Shown in pieces: positions 49,801 to 62,541 of a stretch of 64,000 nucleotides of DNA. The stretch is from Lepidodermella squamata (taxonomy: Eukaryota; Animalia; Gastrotricha), in contig JBLDXI010000064.1 of NCBI GenBank assembly GCA_047495785.1, forward strand, positions 1-64,000. Reading direction: 5' to 3'. The notes beneath the pieces were generated by a model that saw only the letters and a list, made by a program, of their open reading frames with translations, searched no databases and had not been told where the DNA came from. Position 1 is the stretch's first letter, and the number at the start of each line of letters is the position of its first letter. Both the position numbers and the translations under genes were made by a program.

Positions 49801-52800
49801 CGAACAAGCCTAAGATCATCGTCGTAGCCCTCATAGTTTTGTGCCTATAGGAGGCGCGGTCGATCCACCTTAAAATTTCGAAATTTCGTTGTTTTTGTGA
49901 ATTTTTTCTCGACGGTTTGGAAGAGACCCGTTGAAACAAAACAACCATTCCTAGTACAACCTTCGACAGGCTTTCGAACGGTGAAAACCGCATGTCGATG
50001 CCTCTCACAGTTTTTTGCCAATAAGCCGAGCGGTAAAATATGAGATAAAAAACACAATTGGTAAATCTCGAAATTTCTCTTCTACAAATCCAGGTCATAT
50101 TTACCCGCAACTTCAGTGACGAATAATCATGAGATAGAAGTAACTTGAGACGCTCTATTGAATGGTAGACGCCACATGTTCACAGGGCACACCCATTTGA
50201 CGAACCGCCCTTGACAAAGTCAAATTTTTTTATATTGTCAACTTACTTTACACTCTCATTTCAGTGGTATGGCTAGTTCGCGCTAATACCTTTATGATGT
50301 CAACGCTTAGAGCAAAGTCCGCTGGCCATTTTGAGACCAGGCTGGTCGTTATACCCGGTGTGTGAAATTTTCAGGGCGCGTGTGACACCCTGATAGGTGC
50401 GGAATCTGTCTTGACAAAGTCGGTTTTTTAGATAGTAGAAAAGATGGCCGATTTGTTGGTACCAAAACCGCTGAGAGATTCGCAAGATTTCCTTTGACTA
50501 AAGCAGTTTGCGCGCGATTTATTTTTAGTGAAAATCAAATTATATATTTTTTCGAGTTTCGCTAATTGTTTTGACATCTCACCCTGGTAGCGCTCATGTT
50601 TGAATACACCTGGAATGTAGCAAATTTTGCGCTGAATTTTTAGAGCCCAACCGCATAATCGTAGGGCTTATGGTTGTCGAGCAATAGAAGGCGCGGCAAA
50701 TCGCGTTTTCAACCCATTTTTAGTGCGCGGCGGCGCTCACACACTCACTGAGAGCCGTTTTCTGTTAAATTTTCGACACGCGTAGCAGTTTTGTGCGCAC
50801 AAAGACATTATATAGGCCGACGTAGAATTTCAAGACGAATCGAACGACACTAGGCGCATCGTCGTAGACCTCTTAGTTTGTTGTCTATAGTAGGCGCGGC
50901 CGATCCACTTTAAAATTTCGAAATTTTTCCGTTTTTGAGATTTTTTCACGACGATTAGAAATAGTCCCGGTGTAATAAAACGAACATTTCAATTTGACGG
51001 GCTTTCGAGCGGCGAGAACCGCATGTTAACACCTATCATAGTTCTTTGCCAATAGGCCACGCAGTATATTATGAGATAAAAAACAGAGCACGTAAATTTT
51101 GAAATTTCGTTTCTTTAATTCCGGGTAATCAGCGACGAATTTTGATGAAAACTAGGTAACTCGAGCCGCCCTTTAAAATGGTATAAGCCCCACATTCACA
51201 GGGTGCACCCTATTGACACCGCACCCCTTGTCAAAGTCAAATTTTTTTAATTTTGTTGACCAACTTTGCACTCTCATTTTTTCATTCAGCGAACTTACGC
51301 TGGTGTATTAATGATTCTAACGCGTAGAGCATTGTCAGCTAACAATTTTGAGACCAGGCTGGTCTCTGTGGCCGCCGTATTTATGACGATATTCATCGCG
51401 CGGTAAAACTTGGATAGCCATATTTTCAGTGCGCCCACTCACTTGCTTTTTTTTACCTGTGTTTTTTTATTTGTGCGCAAGATTAATTGCAACCATCCTG
51501 TGCAGAACAATGCGAGGAATAGAACGAGACTACGCCCATTTTCTATTGAATTTACAAGTTGCGCGCACTTGAAAAGTGGCCCTCACCAAGTGTGCATGAA
51601 ATTTTCAGGGCGCGAGTAACCCCCAGATAGGTGCGGAATTTGTCGTAGCCAAGTCGGATTTTTAGATACTAAAAAACAAGGCCGATTTTTTGGTATCAAA
51701 ACCGCCGCGAGATTCGCCAGATTTCCTTTGACTAGAGCGTTTAGCGCGCGATTGATTTTTAGTGAAAATTAAAATTTCAATTTTTTCGACTTTCGTCATT
51801 TTTTTTGACACCTCATCCTGGTAGCGCTCGTATTTGAATGCACCTAAATTCTAGCAAATTTTGCGCTGAATTTTTAGAGACCAACCTCGTTATCACAGCC
51901 ATCATGGTTGTTGAACAATAATAGGCGCGGTAAATCACGTTTTTCGGCCTAGTTATAGTGCCCGGCGGCGCTCACACACTCATTCAGATTCGATTTCTGT
52001 CAAATTTTAAACACATGCAGTGCGTTGTGCGCACATACTCTTTAAACAGGCCGACGTAGAATTTCAAGACGAACCGAACGAGACTAGGCCCATCGTCGTA
52101 GCCCTCATAGTTTTTTGCCTATAAGAGGCGCGGTATAACTTGTTTTGATCCACCTTAAAACTTGAAATTTCGAGATTTCGACGTTTTTGTGAATTTTTTC
52201 GCGACCATACGGAAGCGACCGGGCGTAATTTAATAGCCATTTCTAGTACAACATTTCACGGGCTATCCATGGGTGAAAACTGAAAGCCGATACCGGCTGC
52301 CGTTCTTTGCCCATAAGCCTCGCGGTAAAATTTGTGATAAAAAACAAACCCAATAAATTTCGAAATATCGTTTCTTCAGTTCTGGCTCATTGAAATGCGA
52401 GTTCAGTGGCGAATTTTTAAGAGAAATGGGCAATTCGAGGCGCTCTATCGAACGGTATAAGCCTCATGTTCACAAGGCGCACCCATTTGACAGCATGCCC
52501 TTTGTAAGGGTCAAATTTTGAGCGAAGCCGCGCCTCCATGCACACAAGTTTCACATATGTATCGTATATTATTCGATAGCTTGTGTTATTTACTGCAGCT
52601 TGGGAGAGTTAGCCCTCATGGTTACGGAGCTATAAGAGGCGCGGTAAATCGCGTTTTTCAGCCTATTTTTAGCGCGCCGGCGGCGCTCACACACTCACTC
52701 AGGGTCGATTTCGGTCAAATATTAAGCACATGCAGCAGTCTTGTGTGCACATAGACATTGCTTACGCCGACGTAGAATTACAAGACGAATCGAATGAGAC

Positions 52801-53738
52801 TAGGCCCATGATCGTAGGCATTATAGTTTTTTGTCTATGGTAGGCGCGGCCGATCCACCTTAAAATTTTAAAATTTCGACGTTTTTGAGAATTGTTTAAC
52901 GACGATTAGGAATAGTCCCGGTGTAATAAAATAACAATTTCTAGTAAAGAATTTGACGGGCTTTCGAGGGGTGAAAACCGCATGTCAACACCTGTCACAG
53001 TTTTTTGCCAAAGGGCCACGCGGTATAATTTGAGATAAAAAACAAAGCCAGTCAATTTTGAAATTTCGCTCCATCAATTCTCTGTATTATTAAACAGCAA
53101 ATTCATTTACGAATATTCATGAGAAATAGGTAATTGGAGGCGCCCTCATAAAAATTATAAACCCCACATTTACAGGACGCACCCATTTGACGCCACACCC
53201 TATTTCGGAATCAAATTTTTTTTTAATTTGTTGACTTACTTTGCACTCTCATTTTTTTCATTCAGCGAACTTACGCTGGTATATTAATGATTCTAACGCG
53301 TAGAACATTGTCAGCTAATAATTTTGAGACCAGGCTGGTTTTTGTGGCTGCCGTATTTATGACGATATTAACCGCGCGGTAAAACTTGGTATGGCATATT
53401 TTTAGTGCGCGCACTCACAGTCAGGCTTTTTCACTTGCATTTTTGACCTGTATGCAATATTTGTGCGCAAGATCAATTGCAACCATCCTGTGCAGAACAA
53501 TGCGAGGCAGTGTGCGAAGTAGGATGCTCGAGTTGGGGGTACTTTCAACCATTTTCTGGCCCGAAATTTCAGACCAATCAAACGAGACTACGCCCATCAT
53601 CGTAGCACTCATAGTTTTGTGCCTATATGAGGCGCGGTAGAACGTGTTTCGATCCACCATAAAAATTGGAAATTTCGAAATTTCGATGTTTTTGTCACGC
53701 TTCTCACGGCCATACCGAATCATCCCGTAGTATAAGAA
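43881..53738 (+). repeat. Tandem duplication inside element 1: 43881-48691 = 48928-53738, with a 236-bp filler at 48692-48927
   Basis: Offset 5047; identical ORF translations at 44743/49790, 45253/50300, 46363/51410, 47471/52518 and 48339/53386. Confidence 0.95.
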
Positions 53739-54220
53739 CCATTTCTGCTACAACATTTCACGGGCAATGTTATGGTGAAAGCCGTAAGTCAATACCTTTT
53801 ACGCCAATAAGCCACGCGGTAAAAGTTGAGATAAAAATCAAAACAATTAAATTTCAAAATTTCGCATTCACGATTTCCGGTCATATCTAACTGCAACTTC
53901 AGTGACGAATTTTCATGGGAGAATTGGGATGGCAGCAAAACTTACAGAGAGAAAAAACGAGAGGTCGAACCCACGACTTTTCTTAGGAATTTAAAATTGT
54001 TCAAAAAAATTGTTTAATTAATTGGAGTACAACTAAATGACATGGATTTATTGAATCTACGTCGCTGATGACGAAAACGCCGACAACACGAGAATCAGGA
54101 TGACAGAAAAAATTACAGAGCAAAAGAACGATACGTCGGGTTCGAATCCACGACCTTTCTTTGGAATTTGGAGTCATCTCGATTTTTTCGGACTTTCGTG
54201 ACCGAAATAACGAATTAATG

Positions 54221-55432
54221 TTTTTTCGTCAGCTAGTTTTCACCTTTTGTCAGCTAAATCCAGTTTTCGTCAGCAATACCTTTTTCTGTCAGCAACGACA
54301 CTTTTTTACAGCTAAACTACTATTTATCAGCTAATTTAATTAAAATACAACTTTTCGAGTTAATTCGAGAACTAATTAAATAAACACTAAATTAAAGCTA
54401 ATTTAGCTAATTTAAAAAGAGCATAAACCATAGAGCATATAAATTGTCCACGCTGAACATTCCTTACCACCTCAGCTACATATCCCTTTTTACCGATTTC
54501 GAAAATCGTTTTTTAAATGACAAGGAAGGTCAGTACCAACTCGTTCATTTTGGGCGCTGAGATTTTGAGCATTTATAACAAGGAATTCTGAGATCGGAGG
54601 AAGACGCCGATTTCACAGAAAGATTCCTCTCGGTGATATCTTTCAAATGACACCTTGAACTCAGATAATTGATGTCGCAATCGCGAGTGGTAATTACCTG
54701 AATTTTGTGGGGTAACTTGGCCGATTTTAATGTGCGAAATGCGCACCAAAACTTGGCCTAGACATGAGAGGGCGTGATGAATCATCGCCCTAGTTTCTGC
54801 CAGATGGTTCATCGCCAAGTGAAATAGCCATGCGGCCAGGTTACCCCACGCTCCGGCCAAGTGACCCCACTCGGTCAAGATCACTTCAACCTCCACAGAA
54901 TCGATTGATTTTATCGGTCGTCGACCGGGTTTTGACCAATCGATCGAGAATTGAACGGAGATTTTTTTGGTATAAAATTTAAAGCGAAACAAGTTACCGG
55001 AGACGTACTAGGTTCAAAAAACCATATTTCCGGCCAAGTTACCCCACACCACGGTACTAGAGCTACTATAAGCAGAGAATATTACATCCATTTAGTTAAC
55101 GAATTAATGTTCATAGATCATGGAACGAGCGGCGTGTTGATTTAATTAGACATTGAATTGTTTATTTTCCATCCCTGCTGGGAGCTCGGGGATCGAAGAT
55201 CGCACCCTAGCTCACAGAACGAGTGACACGGGTTCGACCAGGTGGACGACCGCGACCGCGGCCTCGTACAAGAGCAGAAAATTACGGGTTGATAATCGTA
55301 ACTATGACATTTATGTTAAATTAGCTGATAAATAGTAGTTTAGCTGTAAAAAAGTGTCGTTGCTGACAGAAAAAGGTATTGCTGACGAAAACTGGATTTA
55401 GCTGACAAAACGTGGAATTAGCTGATGAAAAA
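54221..55432. mobile_element. Nested foldback with ~115-bp arms (54221-54339, 55316-55432), containing a pogo-type MITE remnant
   Basis: TCAGCTA-rich inverted arms; internal GTGGGGTAACTTGGCC / GGCCAAGTTACCCCACACCACGGTA. Confidence 0.7.
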
Positions 55433-55699
55433 ATATACACCCGAAATAACGTTGCTACTATGAAAGCTAGCAGGTCGTGCTTAGTCTTATTTGTCTGTAT
55501 AGGATTGGAGCCATCGATCTCGTGCACAAGAAGGCATATTGGTCGAAATTCGAAGTGACAATGCTAATAGTGAGAGTACGCACCCTTAAAAAATGCCCAT
55601 CCCAAGTTTTGCGCGTGACCTTAACAAATTAAAGAGGATGTTACCTACTCCTCATTTATGTTTGTAACTGCTGTCGCAGCTAATAATCTTCCGAAATCA

Positions 55700-57000
55700 A
55701 TAATTTGAAATTTCAAAAGATAATTTGGATGTTTTTATCTCAGTTATTAACGCGCGGATTACTGGCTGGGAACGATGTAAGTTATTGACCTGCGGTTTTT
55801 ACTATTCGAAAGCCCGTCAAATTTTGCACTAGACACGCGTATTATATAATGCCAAAAATCTTCCAAATCGTCGTAAAAAAGATAAAAAAACATCGAAATT
55901 TCGAAATTTTAAGGTGGATCAACCGCGCCTATTATAGTTTCAAAACTACGATGGCTACGACTATGAGACTAGTCTCGTTCGATTCGTCTTGAAATTCTAC
56001 ATGGTACAGTGTAATTAATTTGTGCGCACAAAACAGGTAATAGCGTTTAAAACTTGACAGAAATCGTCTCGGAGTGAGTATGTGCGCGCCGCCGTCACGT
56101 TAAAAATAGGCTGAAAAACGCGTTTTTCCGCGCCTCTTAAATTTCGACAACCATGAAGCCTATGATGACGTGCCTAGTCTCTAAAAATTCAGCGGATAAT
56201 TTACTACATTTTACGTGTATTCAAATTGGAGCGCCATCGGAGTAAGGTGTCCAAATATTTGACGGAAGTCAGCAAAATTGAAATTTTTATTTTCACTAAA
56301 AATCAGTCGTGCGCAAAACGCTGCGGTCAAAGGAAAATTAGCGAATCTCGCGGCGGTTTTAGTACCAAAAAATCGGCCGTCCTTCGTATCTAGAAATCAA
56401 CTTTGAACACGACAAATTCCGCAGCTGAAAGGGTGTTAACCGCGTGTCTAACATTTTATACCTGGTTGTTGAGAGTCTAATTTTGTGAAATTTCGACGTT
56501 TGAATAATTGTCAACCGTTTCGTTATAAACCGATCAATCCGATAAATACCGGGTTTGGACTGTTCGATAGAAAATTTTGTGAGGAATTTTTTCTTGTGCC
56601 CAAATGAGGTCAGAAATCAAATTTCAAATTAAAATTTCGAGCTCACGCGTAATAAAGCCGTGACCCAGGTCATCAGTATGCCGGCGGCGGTGACCCAGCT
56701 AAAGAAGGTCAGGGCTTATGAATATTCATGAAATCTTCACTTGCTTATATGAATAAAAAATCTCCACAAATCAGCCGTCAGGCCGATCTTTCGGAAAAAT
56801 CTTTGCATCTAAGGTTTTCGGGTATGCTCTACACGATGGTATTTTTCATATTTTTTTCCGAAGATATCCTATTAACTAACTTGGAGAAGCGGTCAAGTGC
56901 ATACAATTTGTCCTCATTGATAACGCCGAGAGCGGCGTGCTCGAGACCTGATAATTAAGTAGCGGCCGCCGTCGCTAAAAACGTTCCGGTTCACGCAATC
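55700..57000 (-). repeat. Diverged inverted copy of the element's left end and first repeat unit
   Basis: GGTTCACGCAATC (56988-57000) is the reverse complement of the left terminus with one mismatch; ~56280-56390 is the reverse complement of ~44360-44467. Confidence 0.8.
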
Positions 57001-59733
57001 ATTGAAGATTGGGGAGGGGCGAAAAAAGTTCCCCTCCAAGATGGCTAGGAGGGGAATTTCAAGGGGTAGTGATTTGAATCGTATTAAACCTTTTTGCTCA
57101 GCGCAAAGCTGCCAAAATGAACCAAATTAACTTCCTAGCATGGTTTTTTACTGGATGATTGCGCGAACCAACCCGATAGGGTTCCCCTAGCGGCGGAGCC
57201 GCAGCCTGAACCGGAGGTCCAGCGCCTCTCTCTCAACTTCGCCGGTCGAGGCGACAATGGTAGAGGCGTTTTGCGCTGGACGAAAAACGAAGCTAGGGGA
57301 ACGAATTTTCACGATAAAAATACGGAAAAATAAGTCGTAGATAGATCTTTTTTTAAACCTGTGTATAAAAACTTTCCAGCTGTTTTCATCGGGCGGTTAA
57401 TTTTTGGCGAATTTTTATTCATAAAAAACTACCCAACTGCTCATTAATATTCATGAGCTGCTTACGCCGCCGTCTGGGTCACGGTTACCGGCACCCTCGT
57501 GACCGAGGTTAATTACCTCACACGCGAGAGCCGGGTCGTTGCTATGTGACTCTTCAAACATTCAACTTAAAACCGGTTTGGCGGCCCTCCCTGGGGGGAG
57601 GGCTGCATCAGTGACATTCTGCGAAAAATTCTGCATCGAACAGTCTAAATTTTGTTGATAGGCGATAAACGGTTGATTTTCTATCGAATTTACAAGTTGC
57701 GCGCACTTGAAAAAGTGGGCCTCACCAACTGTGTGTGAAATTTTCAAGGCGCGTATGACACCCAGATAGGTGCGAAATTTGTCGTGACAAAGTCGGATTT
57801 TTAGATACTAGAAAGGACGGCCGATTTTTTGGTACCAAAACCGCCGCAAGATTCGCAAGATATCCTTTGAATATAGCGTTTGCCGCGCGATTGATTTTTA
57901 GTGAAAATGAAATTTTTAATTATTTCGACTTTGGTCAATTATTTTGACGGCCCAACCTGGTAGCGCTCATATTTGATTGCACATAGATTGTAGCAAATTT
58001 TGCGCTGAATTTTTAGAGACCAACCTCGTTATCACAGCCCTCATGGTTGTTGAGCCAGACGAGGCGCGGTAAATCGCATTTTCCAACCCATTTTTAGTGC
58101 GCGGCGGCGCTCACACACTCACTCAGAGTCGATTTCTGTCAAATTTTCGACACGCTTAGCAGTTTTGTGCGCACATACACATTGCATAGGTCGACGTAGA
58201 ATTTCAAGACGAATCGAACGACACCAGGCCCATCGACGTAGCCCTCATAGTTTCTTGTCTATATGAGGCGCGGCCGATCCACCTTAAAATTTCAAAATTT
58301 CGAAATTTCGATGTTTTTGTGAATTTTCTCGCGACGTTCTGGAAATGTCCTGGCGTTATTTTATTACTGTTGCTAATGCAAAATTTCACGGGCTATTCAA
58401 TGGTTCTAACCGCATGTCAAAACCTTCGACCGTTTTTTGCCAATAATACACGCGGTAAAATGTGAGATAAAAAACAAACATGGTGAATTTCACTATTTCG
58501 CTTTCACAATTCCGGGTCATATTTAACTGCGACTCCAGTGACTCCATTTTCGTTAGACATAGGTTATTCGAGGCGCCCTACTTCATGGCACATGCCTTAC
58601 GTTCACAGGCCGCACCCATCTGACGCCACGCCCATGTCAAAGTCAATTTTTTAAAACTTTGTTGACCAACTTTGCACTCTCATTTCGATGGCTTAGCCAA
58701 TACGCGCTGACATTTAAATGATTCTAGCGCTTAGAGCATGGTCAGCTGGTCATTTTGAGAATAGCCTCGTAGTTGTAGCCCTCGTATTTATGGCGCTAAT
58801 TATCGCGCGGTAATACTGGGTATATGACCATATTTCTAGTGTGCGGACTCATTTTTTGGCATTTTTGACCAGCATGCAATAATTGTGGGCAAAATTAATT
58901 GAAGCCATCCTATGCAGAAAAATGCGAGGAATCGAACGAGACTACGCCCATGGCCATAGCACGCATATTTTTTTGTCTATAGGAGGCGCGGTTCAATTTG
59001 CTTTGATCCACCTTAAAACTGGAAAATTTTGAAATTTTGATTTATTTTGTGATTTTCTCTCGGTACCAAAACCGCTACGGGATTCGCAATATTACCTTTG
59101 ACTATAGCGTTCAGCGCTCGGTTGATTTTTAGTGAAATTAAAAATTTCAATTTTTCCTACTTTCGTCAATTTTTTTGACACCTCACCCTGGTAGCGCTCG
59201 TGTTTGAATGCACTTAGAATGTAGCAGATTTTCCGCTGAATTTTTAGAGACCAAGCTCGTCTTTGCAGCCCTCGTGGTTGCGGAGCTATAAGAGGCGCGG
59301 TAAATCGCGTTTTTCAGCCTATTTTTAGCGCGCCGGCCGCACTCACGCGCTCACTGAGATGGGATTTCTGTCAAATTTTGTACACATGCAGCAGTTTTGT
59401 GCGCATATCAAAATTGCACTGGTCAACGTAGAATTTCAAGACGAATCGAACGACACTAAGCCCATTGTCGTAGCCCTCATAGTTATGAAGGTATTGAAGG
59501 CGCGGTAAATCTCGCTTCGATCCACCTTAAAACTTGAAAATTTCGAATTTTCGATGTTTTTATGAATTTTCTCGCGACGATCTCGAAACATCCTGCCGTT
59601 ATTTGATAACCCTCTCTAGTGCGGAAGCTTAGTCAAATCAGAACAAAAATGTCATTTTTCAGACACAAAGGTGGAGACAGCTCTCTCGCAATAAAACGTT
59701 CATTGTGCTTGAGCTAAATAGTAGAATTTCTGG

Positions 59734-60005
59734 GCGCACGCTGATTGGTCAATCGATCGTTGCTATGACTCCCGGATGAAACATGTTGGTTGTGCGATCC
59801 ATGAAATTTTTTGCAACAAGTGTTTTTTGCCGCAGTAAATTGCTACGATTATTATGGGGTTTACGCTCGTGGTCAATAGAAACCGTGCAGAGGGCGTGGC
59901 AAGGTCATTTTTTGCATAAATAGAAAATAATTTATTAGTGGATCGCACGACTAAATTGTTTCATCCCGGAGTCATAGCAACAATATATTGACCAATCAGC
60001 GCGCG
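59734..60005. repeat. Inverted repeat with ~50-bp arms inside element 2
   Basis: GCTGATTGGTCAAT..TTGCTATGACTCCCGGATGAAACA pairs with TGTTTCATCCCGGAGTCATAGCAA..ATTGACCAATCAGC. Confidence 0.75.
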
Positions 60006-60632
60006 GGTCAAAGTGCTACTTACTACTTGAAACACGATGGTTTCTCTTTTTGGCGACATTTTTGCCGGTGACAAATAAGCAATACAGCCCCACTTATTAT
60101 AATGTTGTCACTATGGTCCGAATCTTTACCGACGGCATCGCTTGCATTAATCCCACCTGATTCCCCGTTATTTCAACCCCGTCAAATCACTCCAAATGAC
60201 TCAAATGAAGTCCAAGATGTTAAGGAGGAAATTATTTTTGGACGCTAAAATTAATTAATTTTTTGGGTAAGTTTTCGTTCATTCGAGGACATTTCAGCTG
60301 GCAACAGTGAAGCAATTTTGCCGAAATTTTCATCAACATTTGATCCGAATTTTCATTAAAACTGAGCTCGCATTTCGACTGTCAATAAGGCTGGTCTGTC
60401 CCTTGCGGACATGTCGCCAGCGAAAATGTCGCCGAATACCGATTTCGCACTATTTCGCACTCGTACTATTCTCAATTACGAGTCAAATAATTTGTCACAT
60501 AATCGCATCATATCAAAAAAATGCCGGCGGTTTTGTCCCCTGCTGAAAAGTCGCACGCCCATGAATTAATAGGTTTGCTGCTTGGCATAATGAATCATCA
60601 AGCATGACTTGGAGAAAATTAACAAAAAATTA

Positions 60633-60864
60633 CCGTAGAGCGGTACAATTTTGAACAAGTACAAAGTTGAACATTTTTTCAAAAGTACAATTTTGAACGA
60701 ACGTTTGCATTGAAAATTTCGTTAATGTTCAAAATTGTACTTCACACTCACGAAAGTACAATTTTGAACACTTTCATTTTTTTCAATGCAAACGTTCGTT
60801 CAAAATTGTACTTTTGAAAAAATGTTCAAAGTTGTACCCTGTTCAAAATTGTACCGCTCTACGG
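60633..60864. mobile_element. 232-bp Tc1/mariner-pogo-type MITE with TA TSD
   Basis: TA-CCGTAGAGCGGTACAATTTTGAAC..GTTCAAAATTGTACCGCTCTACGG-TA; arms ~85 bp. Confidence 0.9.
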
Positions 60865-62541
60865 TAAGTCATTTTCTTTTTATGCCGTCGCTGGGCTGGG
60901 TCTTGATGCGCAGGACTTAGAAAAAATCGCAACAAAAACGACTCGGCGAGTGGCTGGTAATTTCGGGTAAAAAACATGTTTAATGAATGAAACGTCACTT
61001 GATTTTGTTTGTAGCTTTAACAATAACCCGAGTAAAGAAATGCGTTCTTGTTGAACTAATAATTTCAACAAAAATAAAGAAATGGTCTGTTTATGGCTTG
61101 TTTTGTTAATAATTTCATCTCTGTTGGAGATAAAGAACGCGACGGCGTAATATAATAGCTATGTCTACTACAACATTTTGCGGGCTATTTTATGGTGAAA
61201 ACCGCATGTCAATACCCCTCATGGTTTTTTGCCAATAACGCACGCGGTATAATTTGAGATAAAAAACAGACCGAGCAAATTTTGAAATTTTGCTTTACCA
61301 ATTCCTGGTCATTTTTATCTGAAATTGTAGTGACGAATTTTCATGACAAATAGGTAACTCGAGGCGGCCTATCGAATGGAATATGCCCCATGTTCACGGG
61401 CCGCACAATGTGGGCAGCTCACCCTTTGTTAAGGTCAAATTTTGATCGGAGCTGCGCCTACATGCAAATGAGTTTCATATACGTATCGTATATCATTCGA
61501 TAGCTTTAAATACTTGCTACACCTTTGAAGCGGTTATTTGTCAAATTTAGACAAAAAATTGACAAAAAATGATTTTTTGACTTGAAAATGACTTGTCACG
61601 TGAAATTTGACATTAGAATACAATTTTTATATTTTTCAATCACGGTTCAAATCAACTTCAAGCCCAAGTCCGTTCACCTGGTTTTAGATTAATTCCAGGT
61701 AATAAAATGCAAGTCGTTAATTATGCAGAATAAAATTATGTTGAGGGTAATCACGGTGTGCGCCGCTTTTAACCGGGTCATGATAACCAGTTAACCGGGT
61801 CATGATCGATTTATTAATGCATCATTCCCTGTGGCTGCCATTGTCGAGAGAATATTGAAGATTAGGGGGGGGGGGCGAAAAAAGTTCCCCTCCAAGATGG
61901 CTAGGAGGGGAATTCCAAGGGGTAGTGATTTGAACTGACTTAACCGTTCATGCTCAGCGCAAAGCTGCCAAAACGAACCAAATTAATGTCCTAGCATGGT
62001 TTTTTACTGGATTCTTCGATAAATACGCATCCTTTCCGGGCAATTGGGATGAATGCTTGCACGCCGCACAACATTTGCCGGTGAGTTGCCCATAGTTGTT
62101 TAGTTAAGTGTTTAGTGGGTAGTGAGTTCGTTGAATAATTCAAATTTAAAAATTTTCAATATCGCGCGTACCTTCTTCAATTAGTTCGAGATCGCAAAAA
62201 GTAGTACCTATTTTTAGCGCAGTTCCAAGAGGAGCTGATAATTTTAGCTATGAGACGTCGCATTCGCCCAAAGTTGATAGCTTTTACTGTTTTTCGCCTA
62301 AGGAATGCATGGTTTTACGTAATTTTGAAACAATTTTACCTAAATGATTGAGCTTTGGCTTGGAGAAATGAGAGGCTGCTGCTTTATTCGTACAACGCTT
62401 TATCTTCCCCCGTACAACAAGTTTATCTTCGAAACGTACAACAAATAATTAAATATTATTGTATCTCCGAAACGTACAACATTCATTTATTTATTTATTC
62501 TCTCCTAAAACATCAATTATCTTCGACCCGTACAACAATAT

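Larger units (their letters stand above)
43707..57150 (+). mobile_element. Element 1: 13.4-kb non-coding element lacking TIRs, flanked by CTGGAT (43701-06 and 57151-56)
   Basis: Starts GATTGCGCGAACCAACCCG, ends CCTAGCATGGTTTTTTA; interior made of degenerate ~0.7-1.25-kb repeat units. Confidence 0.85.
57157..62006 (+). mobile_element. Element 2: 4.85-kb related element flanked by CTGGAT (57151-56 and 62007-12)
   Basis: Same termini as element 1. The first ~500 bp are nearly identical; the last ~150 bp are similar with several substitutions; the interior is diverged. Confidence 0.85.
43248..62080 (+). pseudogene. Gene B8: exons 1-3 (43248-43643) and exon 4, which is split by an 18.3-kb insertion and resumes at ~62013-62080
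   Basis: 1-nt deletion in exon 3. Exon 4 GCTGGAT|TCTTCGATAAATAC..TTGCCG|GTGAG matches exon 4 of B3 and B6. Confidence 0.88.

Noticed and set aside
44743-53890. Recurrent ORFs inside the large elements as a possible transposase or recombinase
   Set aside because: Short, not conserved between diverged units, no catalytic motifs; they recur only because of the 5047-bp duplication.
55170-55260. tRNA-like or SINE-like sequence on the minus strand (partial copy at ~42961-42997; B-box-like pieces at ~53962 and ~54137)
   Set aside because: I could not fold a cloverleaf or define an anticodon; at most degenerate SINE fragments. tRNAscan-SE would decide.
44340-59600. CRISPR-like array
   Set aside because: Eukaryotic context; repeats are long and degenerate with no unique fixed-length spacers and no cas genes.
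43707-62006. Helitron, LTR or MULE identity for the large elements, or mobilisation by the adjacent MULE
   Set aside because: No TC..CTRR ends at an AT site, no TG..CA LTRs, and a 6-bp repeat rather than ~9 bp; nothing links them to the MULE except proximity.
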